The position numbers were made by a program, and so were the translations under genes. A model generated the notes under the pieces. It made no database searches. It saw nothing but the letters and a program-made list of their open reading frames with translations, and was not told the DNA's origin. DNA of 64,000 bases from contig NC_045696.1 in assembly GCF_009834535.1 (NCBI RefSeq), positions 18,850,001 to 18,914,000 of the forward strand. The letters run 5' to 3'. Source of the DNA: Camelus ferus (lineage: Eukaryota). Shown in pieces: positions 38,020 to 52,582 of the stretch (its first letter is position 1; each line of letters starts with the position of its first letter).

Positions 38020-41000
38020 TTGAAATCTGTTAAAAACTGTTGCTATTCTAAGTCATTTGCATTTTAATACAAGTTTTAGGAATCACCTTGTCAAGTTCCA
38101 AAACTTTTGCTGAACGTTTTAATTGAGATGCATTAAAATCTTTGGATCTATTTGGGAACATATGACATCTTAATGAATTTTGAGTCTTGCAATCTTAAAG
38201 CAAAGCATATCTCTAGATATTTACTTTTCTAAATATTTCAAAAATATTTCAAAATTTCCAGTGTACAGGTCTTGTAGATGGTTTACTAAGTTCATCTGAG
38301 ACTATTTCATGTTTTTGGAGAATGTATTTTAAATGTAGTTGAATTATTGATTTTGTTTTTAAATTGCTTATTGTTATTTTATAAAAATACAATCAATTGC
38401 TTAATTTATTTATTAGTTCTGGTAGCTTATCTAATACAGTTTCTTGGGATTTTATACAAATAATAATATTCTTTGGAGATAAAGACATTTTTGCTTAAAC
38501 CATTGCAATCGTTTTGCCTATAGTTGCACTGGACAAGAACTCTAGAGTAGTGATAAACAGAGTGATCGGTGTGGTATTTCTTCTTGTTTCAAGTTTTAGG
38601 ATTTCAACGTTAGTCTTGCCGCATTAGTCTCAGTAGTCGACAATTAGTCTTTCAACAGTAAGTATTATCTTGCAGCAGGCTTTTCATAGATGGCCTTTAT
38701 GTGGTTGAGGGAAGTGTCTTTTATTATTAATGCTCAGATTTTTACCAAGAATACGTGGTGATTTTTTTTTTCAAATTTATGTTTTCTCATCTTTTTTACT
38801 GATCAGCTTAACCAGAGTTTTGTATTTTATAAAGCTTATGAAATAAGTATTTGAAGCCATAAATTCACATATAAGGATGTTTTAGCTCCCTTCTGTTAAT
38901 TTTGATATGTCAAGTTTTCATTGTCATTTAGTTCAATATTTCTACTTCCCCTTGTGATTTTATTTATACTTGAGTTGTTTAGAAATAAAAATTGCTTAAT
39001 TTTGAAATATTTAAATATTTAGAAATTTTCTACTTTCTAGATGTTGTTAGCTTATTTAATTTCATTGTGATCAGGAAACATATTCTGAAATATTCTCATG
39101 TTGAAAAATCTGTTGAGACTTGTTTTATGGCCCACAATATAAACGTTTATAAACGTTATTAACATTTTATGTGTGTTTTTAAAAAGTTTAATCAGTTATA
39201 CTTGGGTGCTGTGTTAGAGTTAGTTGAATTTTCTACAAACTTTCTGGATTTTTGTCTAATTCATCTATAAATAATTGGAAAAAAGTAATAAAACCTCCAT
39301 CTGAAGGTACAGATTTGGCTATTTTCCCTTTAATTCCATTATTTTTCCATATACTTTGAAGTGGTTTTATTAGGTACATACATATTTATAATTGTTATGT
39401 ATTTCTAATACATTGACATTTTATTGTGAATAAGTGCCATTTTCTTAGTGTTTCTACTTTAGTGACAATTTTTCCTATCATTAATAAGGCCATTCCAGCT
39501 TTAATATGATTAATAGTTACTTGAATATCTTTTTCCTTTCTTCTATTTACACCCTGTTTGTACCTTTTACTTTTAGTATGTGTTCATCTTGCAAACAGCA
39601 TATAGTTGAATCTTGTTGCTTTTATATTCTAATCATCTCTGCATTTAATATAACGTTTATTCTGTTTACACTTAATGAAATTAGTGACGTGATAGTTTGT
39701 CATTTGGATATTTGCTTTCAATTTATTTTATCTGTTTTTATTTGATTATTCATCTGTTTGTTTCAACTATCCCCTTTATTAGTTTTTTGTCACTTGAATT
39801 TTTTTTTGTATTCTAGTTTGATTTATTCCTTGGCTTTACTTTAACTTAATATTTAGTCATTCTAAAAAAGACAGATTTCTGTTTAATGTGAAGCAATATT
39901 CTTGTATTTAACATATGATTTCTTCATGTTTAAAATGGGAAACTTGAAAACTTGATAATTTATAATTCTATTTATAAACCACCAATTTATAATTCTATTT
40001 ATAAACCACCTGTGTTCTTATACAATGTATATTAATTCTATAAATGTTATAAACCCCAGCATAAGTTGTCACAATTTTTGCTTTCAAGTCATATGGCTTT
40101 TAAAAATTTCATGAAAAAGACAAATTTGTGTGCATGTATACTTTTTTATTTACCTATGTATTTTCTACTTCTTTTTCTCATTATTCTTTCATTCTTGTAA
40201 ATTTGCAGTCCCAACCAGTGTTGTTTCTCATCAGTCTGAAAAATTTTCATCATTTCTTATAGGTCAGGAATGCTTGCTTCAAAGTCTTTCACTTTTTATC
40301 TGAAAATTTTTGTTTTCTTTATTGTTTATGGGTAGTTTCACTGGATATGAAATTCTTGGTTCAGTTTGCTATTCTAATGACTTCCAGCTTCTATCGTTAC
40401 TGTTGTGTCTGCCATCTCCAAGCTGTTGAGAAAATCTACTGATTTGTTTTTCAATTTTATTAGTGTATATTTTTACCAGAATGCTTCTACTGTTTATATT
40501 TTATATTTCTTTATTGGCATTCCTTCTTTGTAATTCATTAAGACTGTTTTTTCCCTTGAATTCTTTCAACACATATTTCTTTACTTTTGAACACATTTCT
40601 AATAGTTGCTCTGGTGTTTTATCTGTGAAATCAAGCACTTAGTTCTGCTCAGATGCAATTTTCACTGATGACGTTTTTCTTCTGTGTAGAGGGTTATTTT
40701 CCTGTTTATTTGCCTATCTAGTGATTTTCGGTTGAAAATTGGCCATTGTGATTAATATACTGCTGAAGGTCTGGTTTACATGTGTTCTTACAACTTCCTT
40801 GGGCAAATAAACCTTTTTTAGCTTTTATGCTCTCTGTGTATGTATAGTTTGGCTCTTAGGCAAGTATTTGGACAAAGTATAGTTTTCAGTAATTTTGTTG
40901 TCCACTTTCTCAGTAATTCCCTTACTACTGGTGAGCCCACCCTGGATTGTCAGTTGCTCTCCCAGGATCATATTCTGTCTTCTGACACATCCATTATGCA

Positions 41001-41520
41001 TGGTCTCAGCTTTCAGTCTCCTGAGCTGAACGCTGACTGGAGAATCTATTAAGATTTAAGTTACAATAGACATTCACAAATATGACCAGGTTTCACGTTG
41101 TCAGTGGTAGTTTCTTGTCTGGTCCCTTCCAGGTTTTTGGTCTGAGCCTCTGGCAATGGCTCTATACATTTAATGGTCACTTACAGATCTAGGCAGAGTT
41201 TATATTCAGATTTTGGATATTATGTCTTCTTAAGGGCTCTCTAAGACTTCTACATGTTTGATTGCCCTATCGTTGATGAACCATATTCTTTGTTGCTGGT
41301 AAGTCTGGCTTTTTTTTTTTTAACAACTCTAGTCATTGTGATCTGGAAGCACCATGAAATAAGAAAACCACAGAAGTCCATTTTTGTTGTGGTTTTTCGA
41401 GATAAATTATTCTCTATCTTCTGTCTGCTTGGGAGACATTTATTAATACTTTTAAATTTTTGTATTTATATTCAGATTTCACAAATATTAGCTTCAGTTG
41501 GTTCCTTTAACCATTTCACT
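38020..41520 (-). mobile_element. Highly degraded old L1M (ORF2, ORF1 and 5' remnants)
   Basis: ttttaggaatcaccttgtcaagttcc...ggatctatttggg...gacatctta (ORF2), tcttgcaaacagcatatagttg (EN), agtttcactggatatgaaattcttgg (ORF1). Confidence 0.7.
39957..40010. repeat. Perfect 27-bp tandem duplication
   Basis: aatttataattctatttataaaccacc twice, identical. Confidence 0.95.
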
Positions 41521-41735
41521 CTGTTATATTTCAGTATAACTGCCATTGACTCTGCCTAACATTTGAAAAAAAGAAACATGAAATTAGCTTAACACTTCTC
41601 TGGTATGAACTCTCCATATTTTGATAGGTCAAACAACTAAAAAAAAGCAGAGTTTGAAATATATTCTGTGTAAAAATATATAGATTCTTTATAAATATGA
41701 GTTTTTAAATTCTATCACTTTTTTCTAAGGATATT

Positions 41736-44700
41736 ATTTTAAACTAAAGTATAGTTGATTTACAATATTAGGTTATATTGAAGTATGCAACATAGTATTT
41801 CAGCATTTTTATAGATTATACTCCATTTAAATTTATTATATAAAATTATTACAGAAATTGACTCTATTTCCTGTGCTGTACAATACATCTTTGTATCTAA
41901 CTTTATTCATAGTAGTTTGTATCTCTTAATTCCCTACCCCTGTTGTCCCTCCCCCTTTCCACTGGTAACCACTAATTTGTTCTCTCTGTGAGTGTGTTTG
42001 CTTTATAATAGTGATTAATTTATAAGTCATTCATTTAGATTACTTTTTATATTCTATATATAAGTGATAATTTACAGTATTTCCCTTTCTCTGTCTGATT
42101 TATTTCAATAAACATAATACCCCCCAGCTCCATCTATGTTGTTGTAGATGGCAACATTTTATTCTTTTTTTAATGCTGAATAATATTTCACTGTATATGT
42201 ATAGTACATATTCTTTATGCGGTCATCTGTTGATAGACACTTATGGTTGCTTCCACATCTTGGCTATTGTAAATAATGTTGCTATGAACAATGTGGTTCA
42301 TACATCTTTTCAAATTACCATTTTTGTTTTCTTTACATATATACCTAAGAAAGAAATTGCTGGATCGTATGATAGTTCTATTTTTAGTTTTTTTAAGGAA
42401 CATCCATATTGTTTTTCGTAGCAGCTGCACCAATTTACATTCCTACCAACAGTGTACTAGGGTTCCCTTTTCTCCGCATCCATGCCAATATTTGTTGTTT
42501 GTTGTCTTTTTGACACTAGCTGTTCTGACAGATGTGAGGTGATATTATGGTTTTAATTTGCATTTCCCTGATGATTACTAATGTTGAACATCTATTTATG
42601 TGTTTGTGGGCCATCTATATGTCTTCTTTAGGAAAATGTCTATTCAGGTCTTCTCCCATGTTTTAATCAGGTTTTTTTTTTTTGATGTTGTGTTATATGA
42701 GCTGTTTATATATTTTGGATATTAACCCTTTTTATAACACAAAGTTTGCAAATATTGTCTCCCACTCAATAGATTATCTTTTCATTTTGTCAGTAGTTTC
42801 TCTTGCTGTGCAAAAAGTTTTAATTGGATGTTATTTGTTTATTTTGCTTTTATTTTCTTTGCTTGAGGAGATAGATCCAAAAATATTGCTAAGAATTATG
42901 TGAAAGGGTATACTGCCTATGTTTTCTTCTCAGAGTTTTATGGTATCTTGTTTATATTTAAATCTTTAATTTACTTTTAGTTTAGTTTTTGTATGGTGTC
43001 AGAAAATTGTAATTTCATTCTTTATATGTAACTGTCCAGTTTTCTCAGCACCACTTACTAAAGAGACATTTCCCCATTGTATATTTTTGCCTCTTTTGTC
43101 ATAGAATAATTGACCATATGTATGTGTTTATTTCTGTCCTCTCTATTGTGTCCAAGTGATATATATGTGTGTTTTTGTTCAAGAACAATATGGTATTGAT
43201 TATAATTTAGTCTGAAGTCAGAGAGCCTAACACCATCAGCTTTGTTAATTTTTCTCAAGATTACTTTAGCTATTCAAGGTGTTTTGTGGTTCCATATAAA
43301 TTTTAGGATTATTATAGTTCTGTAAAAAATGTGGATACTTTTGATGGGGGTCACATTGAATCTATAGATTGCCATGGTCATTTTAATAATATTTTTCAAA
43401 TCTTTAAACATGCAGTATCTTTCAATTTCCTTGTATCATTTTCAGTTACTTTCATCAGTATTTTACAGTTTCAGAGTATAGGTCTTTCAACTCCTTGGTT
43501 AAGCTTATTTCTAGGTATTTTATTTTTTAATATGATTTTAAAATGGGATTATTTTCTTTATTTCTGTTTCTAATAGTTTATTATTATTATGTTGAAAAGC
43601 AACATATTTATGTATATTAATCTGTATCCTGCAAATTTACTAAATTCATTTATTAGTTCTAATAGTTTTTTTGTAGAGACTTTAAGGTTTTCAATATATA
43701 GTATCATGTCATCTGCAAATAGAGAGTTTTATTTCTTCCCTTCCAATCTGACTATTTCTTATTTCTTTACTTGTCTGATTACTGTGGCTAGGACTTGCAA
43801 TGTTATATTAACTAGAAGTGGTGAGAATGGCTATCTTTGTCTTGATCTTGAATTTATAGGAAAAGCTTTTGGATTTTTAGCATTGAATATGATAATGGCT
43901 GTGGGTTGGTCACAAACGGGCTGTATTATGTTGAGAAATGTTCACTTTATACCCAGTTTTCTGGGAGTATTTATCCATGAATGGATGTTGAATTTTGTCA
44001 AATGCTCTTTCTGTATCTATTGAGAAGATCTGGTGATTTTCATCCTTCATTTTGTTAATGTGATATATCACATAAATTAATTTGTACATATTGAACTAGC
44101 CTTGCATCTCTGGAATAAATCCCACTTGATCATGGTGAATGATCCTTTTTTATATATTGTTGAATTTATTTTGATAATATTTTATTGAGAATTTTTGCAT
44201 CTATATTCCTCAAAGTTACTGGCCTATTATTTTCTTTTGTGTAGTATCTTTATCTGGTTTTGTTATCAGGCTAATGGTGGCCTCATAGAATGAAATTGGG
44301 AGTGTCCCATCCTCTTGAATTTTTTAGGAATAGTTTGAGAAAGGTAAGTATTAGCCCTTCTTTATATGTTTGGTTGATTTCCCCTATAAAACATTCAGTC
44401 CTGGACCTTTGCTTGCTGGAATTTTTTTGATTACTGATTTAATTTCACTATGAGTGATCACCTGTTCAGATTATCTGTTTCTTCCTGATTCATTCTTGGA
44501 AGACTCAATGTTTCTAGGAAATTTTTCCATTTCTTCTTGATTGTTCAATTTTTTGGCATGTAACTATTTGCAGTCTTCTCTTATGATTGTTTGTATCTCT
44601 GTGATATTGTTTGTAATTTCTTCACTTTCATTTCTTATTTTGTTTATTTAGGTCCTCTGTCTTCTTTTTCTTAATGAGCCTAGTTATAGGCTTATCAATT

Positions 44701-45694
44701 TTGTTTATCTTTTTGGAAAAATAGCTCTTTGTTTCATTGATATTTTCTGTATTTTGAAGTCTGTTTTATTTACTTTTGCTCTGATCTTTATTATTTCCTT
44801 CCTTCTGCCAATTTTAGGCTGTGTTTGTTCTTTTTTTTTTTTCTAATTTATTTCAATGATAGTTTAGGTTGCTTATTTGAGATTTTTCTTATTTCTTGAT
44901 CCTGTCTTTATACAATAGGCCTATTGGTCTGTATTGCTATAAATCTCCTTCTTAGAAGTGCTTTTGCTGCATCCAATAGATTTTGAAAATTTATCTTTTA
45001 CTTTCATTTATCTCAAGGTATTTTCTGAGTTACTCTTTGATTTCTTGATTTATCCATTGGTTTTCTAGTAGTGTGTTGTTTATTATCCATGTTTGTGTTT
45101 TTCCCATTTTTCTTCCTGTGATTGATTTCTAATTTCATACTGTGTGGTCAGAAAAGATGCATGATAAAATTTCTATTATCTTAAATTTGTTGAGACTTGT
45201 TTCATAGCTTAGCATGTGATTTATCCTGGAGAACATTCCATGTGCACCTGAAAAGAATGTATATTCTTCTGTTTTTGGATGGACTATCCAGTAGGTATTT
45301 ATTAAGTCCTACTAGTTTGATGTCTCTTTTAAGACCACTACTTTGCTTTTTGTCTTTCTGTCTGAATGATCTGGCCATTGATGTAAATGGGATGTTAAAA
45401 CCCCTATTATTATTTTATTATTGTCAATTTCTTCCCAAGGAGGATTTCTGAACCTGTGATCTCCCCCTCCTCTTCTGTATTCCCTGTTAAAGGCACAAAC
45501 CTAGAACTTGTCACCACTTCTCCCTTCCTACTTGACTCCATATGGATGTTTCTTTATGACCTTGGTTGTAGAAGAGCATTTTTGTCAGGTTCCAGATTGT
45601 TTTCAGCGAGTTATTCTGCATGTAGTTGATTATTTGCTGTTTTTGTGGGAGGAGGTGACCTCAGCATCTTCTGACTCCCCTATCTTGATCTCCC
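41736..45694 (-). mobile_element. L1 with most of ORF2 and the 3'UTR, joined directly to the 5'UTR tip
   Basis: RT motif FADD encoded at 43708-43719(-); EN-region gaagaaattgacaa to ~45436; 45437-45694 is L1 5'-end-like, beginning gggagatcaagatagggg on the minus strand. Confidence 0.85.
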
Positions 45695-48449
45695 TAATCT
45701 CAGTACATTTACTCTCACAAGAATGCAATGTTAATTAGTTTTTTTATGTTAATTAGTTTTAAGTATTATATATAGCTCCATATTTTTCAATTTTCTGTTT
45801 CAAATATCACTTGACCTATTTTAACTTCATGCTTTGGTTACTGATTTCCATTTATTCCACTTATTTTTATGTGATAAATTTAAAAAAATGCATTAATGCA
45901 TATTGTTCATACTTCTTCATTATTTCCCAAGGAGTAATTTTTCTCACTTATTGTCCTTACACTATATACTAGAGATTGAAAAAATTGGAAGTCTGTGTCT
46001 TGGGACATTCCCCAGATAGGTCAGTCATCTATAGGAAGTGGATGACATTCCATCCATATTATAATATCTGTGGATATTGGAAAGGAATAATTTGGCCTGA
46101 TTCTGATTCCATCATACAGATTCATATTTTGATTTCTAATATATCAGATATCTTCCACATGGTCAGATTTATTGACATGGAAAATTTTTAGTCTTGGAAA
46201 AGGGAAGAAAAGAAAAGGTTTTTTTGAGCACTTCCACATGGCTTCACCATTTTTCATTCCTCATATTGCTATTTTCTAGAAAATCATTATTCAAATTCTC
46301 TTTCCAAACACACATCACCAATGTAGACTTCAGATTCAGTGATCAGCTGAATGTCAATGATAGCTTGAAATATTTATTAAAATAAAACCAAACCAATACT
46401 TGATTCATTCAGGAGCATCCTTATTCAGTGCTCGAGTATGTGAAAAGCAGAACCTAAAAACCTTGAGTTCTAGGGAGGTAAAATCACTTGTTCTACATCA
46501 CAAGATTATATGATTGATTTATTAGGAGATTGAAACACATTTCTGCATATCTACAGGTACTATATCAAGTTGTTGGATTGTATTTTCACAGTGCTACATT
46601 ATATCTTATTATAGGTCATTGCTCATAATTTTATGCCTTACTTTTTAAACAATTATAAAGACAAAATGAGTAAAAATTTCTAACCAGCAAAATATTCTAG
46701 GTACTAAAATTGTCTTTTGAGATATATATTTCAAATACTTGAGCTTTTTCTACATAACCTCCTCCTTTTCCAAAAAACAATCTTATTTTACATACCCATA
46801 TGAAAAAGACCAGATATAAGATACAGTCTAACAGTTAATGGCGCCATATATCCTGAAATTAAATTAGTAGTAAATGGATGTTACCAAATTATATGACTTA
46901 AATTATTTAAAATAAAAACCTGTGCTAATGAGATAGAATAATTGATTCTGTGATAAGACAAGATAAGCAATGTTGATTCAGAAACTAGAAAATAGCACAT
47001 ACATTTTATTTAATACTTGCACTATTTTTATAACACTAGCTGATAATAAAATAATAATAGTATATTTATATCACCTTATAATTTTAAATAATTTTATATG
47101 GATTGTCATATTTAATGATATTTCTTTGCATGGAAAATTAATTCTAAATTAAAGGTCTAAATTTAGTCTAAATATTTAGTTTGAAAATTAAGACTTTATG
47201 TGGTCTTAAATTAACTTATAAAATCCATATTGGCAAGTTACAAGCAGTACCTTATTTAATGGAAATGAACCAGTGACATACTATTTTCTATGGTATTCAT
47301 TTTCTAGGATGATTTACTTCTAATGTATAACCACAGATAATATTTTTCATGGAATTACAGAGGGTCTCTCAAGATGCATTAACCTAAAGTGAACTAATCA
47401 AGCTCCACCATCTCTAATTTATATAAAGCAATTCATCTTCCTGAATATTTTACAGTTGCTGTTCAGTGCACATTATCTAATTGTGCCTATTAGATGCAGA
47501 AAAGGATAAAGCATGTGCTGAAGATAGAACCCATGTATTATCCGAACTGTAATAGAAGTTTTTAAACTATAGCAAAGCCAAATATCTTCACTTGGGAATG
47601 TTTGATTTAAACCTGTTTGTTGAGCATGTTATATATTTTAAAATAATGAATATAACTGATTTGGATAATGTAGTTTTAAGACCTTGAGGTCACTATTAAA
47701 AGAAACTGTATCATTTAGAATAATTTTCAGCATGAAAAAAACATTTGTGGAATAAAATTTAAAAGAAATATATCAGATTTAAATTACCTTGAAATTGTGA
47801 AGCTATAATTTTGTGTGCTCACATCTTTTATTCTTTGCCAGCTCTGACAGAGTAATCTCCTGATAATATTTTAATAGATAGATTTCTAAGCCAGTTCTGA
47901 GCAGAAAGTAAAAATCCATTTTGTGGTTCAGATGCATTATAGTTTAAACTCCTGGAGCTTTTAATTATCATCCTATTTTTGCTAAAAATCTGCATTTTTT
48001 CCTTTTTCTTTCCATTTCATTATGATACTGAAAGGGCAATTTTGGGTAAGTGAATGTTTTTATGAATATTAACTTAACTGGAAAGTATTTTTACATTTAA
48101 ATAAAATTCATTAGGTACTTTGTAAATAGCAATGAAATCTGTTTTACTGGACATGCATTAAATATCATTCCAGCTTGATAATTTTAAATATGTTCTAAAA
48201 CTTTAGTTCTGGAAAACTGTAAAACTTGCTAACATTACATAATAATATTTTGAGATTTAGTTTTCCTATTAATGTGTTTTTATGTCTTTTACTCTTAGCA
48301 TGTTTTGCAATTTTGTATACATTATTTTACTTTTTTTCTGAGTCAAGCAAATTATATAATGCAACATGGAATTTGAAGTATGGTGGGAGAGGAATGTTCT
48401 TATTTCACCTGATAAAAGATACTTTGTACTTCTCTTAAGTTTTCCCTTT

Positions 48450-48950
48450 TTTGTCAATGACTCCAATAAATGGTCTGTGACAGAAAGCAGAAGACTATTT
48501 TTAGCTCTTTCTTCTCATTTACTCCTGAATCAAACTGGTTGCCAAATATTTGCTGATCCCAACTCTTTAGTAACTAAAAAGTCCGAAGTCTCCTTTACAT
48601 TTCTACTGCCATTGCCTTGGTACTAAGGCTTATCACTCTTGCTCTGGATGACTGGTACTTCTGGCCTCTGGTCTTGTCACCATCCATTAAGTTCTCTGCA
48701 TTGCTGCCAAGAGTCATTCTAAAAAGCACCTAAGATCATCTCACTTCATTGATATCATCTGGATCTAGAACTTTATTATATGATACAAGGACCTTCATAT
48801 GTTATCCTGAACCTGTTTTAGTAGCCTTGTCTTCTGCCAGGTTCTCAGGGTTACTCAGTATTCTAACTGTATCAGTAATTTGTTACCACGTTTCTTATTT
48901 GCTATGCATAACTGAGTCCTTTATGCACATAGTATGTGCATAAAGAAATG
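48450..48950 (+). mobile_element. L2 fragment
   Basis: ctactgccattgccttggt...atcactcttgctctggatgactg...ctctgcattgctgccaagagtcattctaaaa...gatcatctcac. Confidence 0.6.
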
Positions 48951-49286
48951 TTAAACAATTTTATCCTTATCAAAATACATATTCAAAATTACCTTTGTTT
49001 GGTCCTTTTCTGTATCATATGATGCTGAATTTGCACTCACGAATGTGTCATATCAATTTGGATTCATGGTCTTTGCAAAATCAATGTTTCAGTGAAAGAA
49101 TTATGAATATCCAACTCTTTACTACAGAAAGTAGGGGAAACATGAGACAGATGTTTGTAATCAGAAAAAAAAAATCTGAATACATTCCAAACAAAGAAAG
49201 TATCAATAGAAGCAAGGGGTTAGGTCAACCCAATAACAGTGAAGAAAGAAACAAAGTCAGAGAAATAAGTTACTTTATCAGTGGGA

Positions 49287-49667
49287 TGTAGCGGATACAT
49301 CAGAGATGACATAACAAAATGCCACATGTATGTTTTCAACAACAGAAAGTTATTTTTCACAGTTCTGGAGGCTAAAAGTCCAAAATCAAGTTTCTGGCAG
49401 AGTGAGTTTCTCCTGAGGCCTCTCCTCTTGTCTTAAAGATGAGTCTTCTTTCTGTGTCCTCACATGCCTCTTTCTCTCTGTGCATACATGTCTTTTCGTC
49501 TTCTTAGGACACCAGTTCTGTTGGATTAGGACCCTACTCCTATGAACTCACTAAACCTTAATTACCACTTTAAAGGCCCTATCTCCAAATACAGTAACAC
49601 TGAGGTGTTCGGGTTTCAACATTTGAATTTGGAAGCTAGGAGAGGGGATACAATTTAGTCCATAACA
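49287..49667 (-). mobile_element. MLT1A/B-like solo LTR
   Basis: cacagttctggaggctaaaagtccaaaatcaag, taaaggccctatctccaaatacagt, ends caatttagtccataaca. Confidence 0.85.
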
Positions 49668-49689
49668 GTAGGTTATAGTGGACTGTACG

Positions 49690-49838
49690 GTACCAGGAGT
49701 AAGTTCTAGAACATTTTCCACTATTACCCTGTTGCGTGATACTAGGCAAATACATTTTGTATCTGATATCAGTTTCCTCAGTTGCAAAAGGAGAGATTTG
49801 AACCAGATGATTTGTCAACTCCCTTTACTTGCCAGGAT
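49690..49838 (+). mobile_element. MIR fragment
   Basis: gtgatactaggcaaat...tcagtttcctcagttgcaaaaggag...accagatgat. Confidence 0.6.
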
Positions 49839-51559
49839 TAATTGAAATTAAAAAATGATCGAAGCATAAGAATTTAATCTTGATTGATTGATTTAGTTTT
49901 GGAGGTAGCAGCTTAAAGCTGGGCATCATGTTTCCTCTGTGGTCAATGCTCTAGTGTTTACAGAACTAGTAATATCTCCTTTTAATTACAGACTATTATT
50001 GAAACATCTGCCTCAGTGGACAGAGTTGGCACAAATCTAATGCCAGCAAGACTCTGTTGGTAGTGACTACATGATAAACATTATCATTTAAATCAGTTGG
50101 TCATGACATTCTGTCATTGTATAAATATCCCAAGGAAATCTGAGATTTTAAGAAAGCATTACAATAAAATGTTAGACAGTAAACATCTGCTGGTGCGTTG
50201 GCAAATAGCCACAGTATTATGTATAGTATGTACTTAAGACTGAGTGATTGTGCTTAATAAGACAGTATTATTCAAAGAATGCCCCTATGCCCAGAACACT
50301 GAGAAATCTAAAATAATGAAGCATGCATTAGTCAAAGAGATACACATTGTGATATTCATGTATGATGACACAATTTTTCACTTAGGAAAATAATTCAGAT
50401 TCATTTACAGTGCACATTCATTCATGGCATGTAAATTTTTTTCAGGAATTTGATGTATGCATAATTTATCTTGAACTTGTCTGTTAAGTAAATTTAAACA
50501 TATTTCTACTATTACTAATTTCCCCATGAGGACTTGATATAATCTTTCACTCTGTAAATCACTTTTTAATATGAGTAATCACTAAATAAATATTTTGGGG
50601 GAATTTTAATGATCAGATAGTATTCAGTGCACTTACCATCTTGTTAATAAGCATATCAATGGGATAAGCTATTATAATGTTAATGACAGCAGTAATTTTT
50701 ACATGAGACATAAACTAATTTTGTACAACATAGTCTATTTTGTTTGTGCAATTATGAATTTACCTTTGAAAGGTTAAGTATATTGTCTGATACATATGAC
50801 AGTTTTTCATGTAACTATTTCTATTTTTAAAATAGCCTTGCATTAATGTCCTGACTCTTCTGATTCTTTGTGATTATAGTTGGAAAGGATGCAGTTTACT
50901 TCAAAACCTATAAATGTGATGGCACAGATGGATATTTTACTTTCCTAAGTTGTATAATTAATCAAGACTTCTCCAATTACATTGTTGAGTGGTTAGCATA
51001 AATATTGTTAAGTTCTTTTCTAAATCTTAATCACTGTTCATCTGGCCAATACACACATGGCATACAGGAAAATTTGCATCACAAATAATAATGAATAGCT
51101 GATAAAGAATAGTTGTAAAAGCTGGTAACTGCAATACTGAAGCCAATTTTGGTTTTGGTTTTCATTTTTGTGTTTTGTTTTATTTCTCTGTTTCTTTTTT
51201 AAGCTAATACCACTAACCTGAAATATGAAACTATCTCTGTCTTATGTTAGGGATTCTGTGATATTACTATTTTATGTTACAGATCTGTTTCATACAATTA
51301 TTTTGCCTCTTGCTGTTGTTGAGAACAATGATTAATATTTAGACTTTCAGAACAACTACAACCACCAGCGTGGCTTTTTAAAGGCCCAGGTCCTTTGTTA
51401 AATTATTCAGTTGAATTTTGGAGCAAGTTATACAGTACCAGTTTGCCTTTGTTTCTTCATGTGCAATATGACTCAACTTGCAAGATTGCTATATTGACTT
51501 GAAAAAAAGAATAAGATTTTAAATAATGAGCATACTGCCAAGAATGTAGTGTATGCTGT

Positions 51560-52320
51560 ATTATTACTAATTATTTTGTAGAATTGTCTTCCTCTTTTTT
51601 TTTTTCTCAAGATAAAAACTACATACCTATCTAAGTTTTCCCTACATCTATATGCCCTGCACACCCATGACATAGCTGTTACTATTTGGGGTTTATCCTT
51701 TGTATTTTTTTTCTTTTCTTAAGGGTAGAAAGAGGATATAGATGTCTGGATCTGCTATCACATATAACTACAAAAACACATGTACAGAATTTTTTTTGAT
51801 GCATCATTATATACATGCTATTTTGTAGTATTATGTTCATATAAAAGACTATCATTAAAATTTTTTCCTGTCAATGAACAAATACATCTCTGTCATTGTT
51901 TAGAGGTCACATAATATCTCTGAAATGGTTAAACAAATTTCTAATGATTTTTCTATTGTTGGATGTTTTAGAGTATTTGAATTTTGGTTCTTCTTAAATA
52001 ACACTGCCATTTTTGTCTAATTTTCTTAGGTATTTTAAAATATATTTTTCTTGTGGATTGTATGGCTATTATTCTTGCTATGGCTATGACTTTTCAGGTA
52101 TCTTTCTGACACTGTTTGCCTTTCACTTAGTTAATACCAGTATTTTTGAAATACACATAGTGTATTATATTATTTGATGATTTATAGTTTAGCCATATCT
52201 ATTCGTATTTTCCTTCAGTTATACAAACTGGTTTATTGCTTAAAATACATTTATTCCAAAATTATGTATAAAAGACAGTTCAGTTTTTCCTCCTTTTCAT
52301 TAATGATTTATTGTTTTTCC
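51560..52320 (-). mobile_element. Old L1ME 3' fragment
   Basis: ctgttactatttggggtttatccttt, atcattatatacatgctattttgt, tctattgttggatgttta. Confidence 0.5.
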
Positions 52321-52391
52321 TTTTTTTTTTTTTTTTCTTGGTTATAAGGGCATTAGGAACATGCTTCTGATTGTGTTATTGGGGGATAACA

Positions 52392-52582
52392 TGTTTTGTG
52401 GACTGGATGTTTGCCCTCGCCTCAGATTCTTATGATGAAACCCTAATCTCCATGTGAGTGTAGTAGGAGGTGGGGCCTTTGGGAGGTGATTAGGACATAA
52501 GGGTGGAATCCTTATGATGACATTTAATGCCCTTAGAAGAAAGACAGAGAATCATGTTTCTCTTTTTGCTATGAGTTACAAC
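52392..52582 (+). mobile_element. MLT1A-like LTR, 5' half
   Basis: tggactggatgtttg...gaaaccctaatctcc...ggaggtggggcctttgggaggtgattagg...atgcccttagaagaaagac. Confidence 0.8.
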
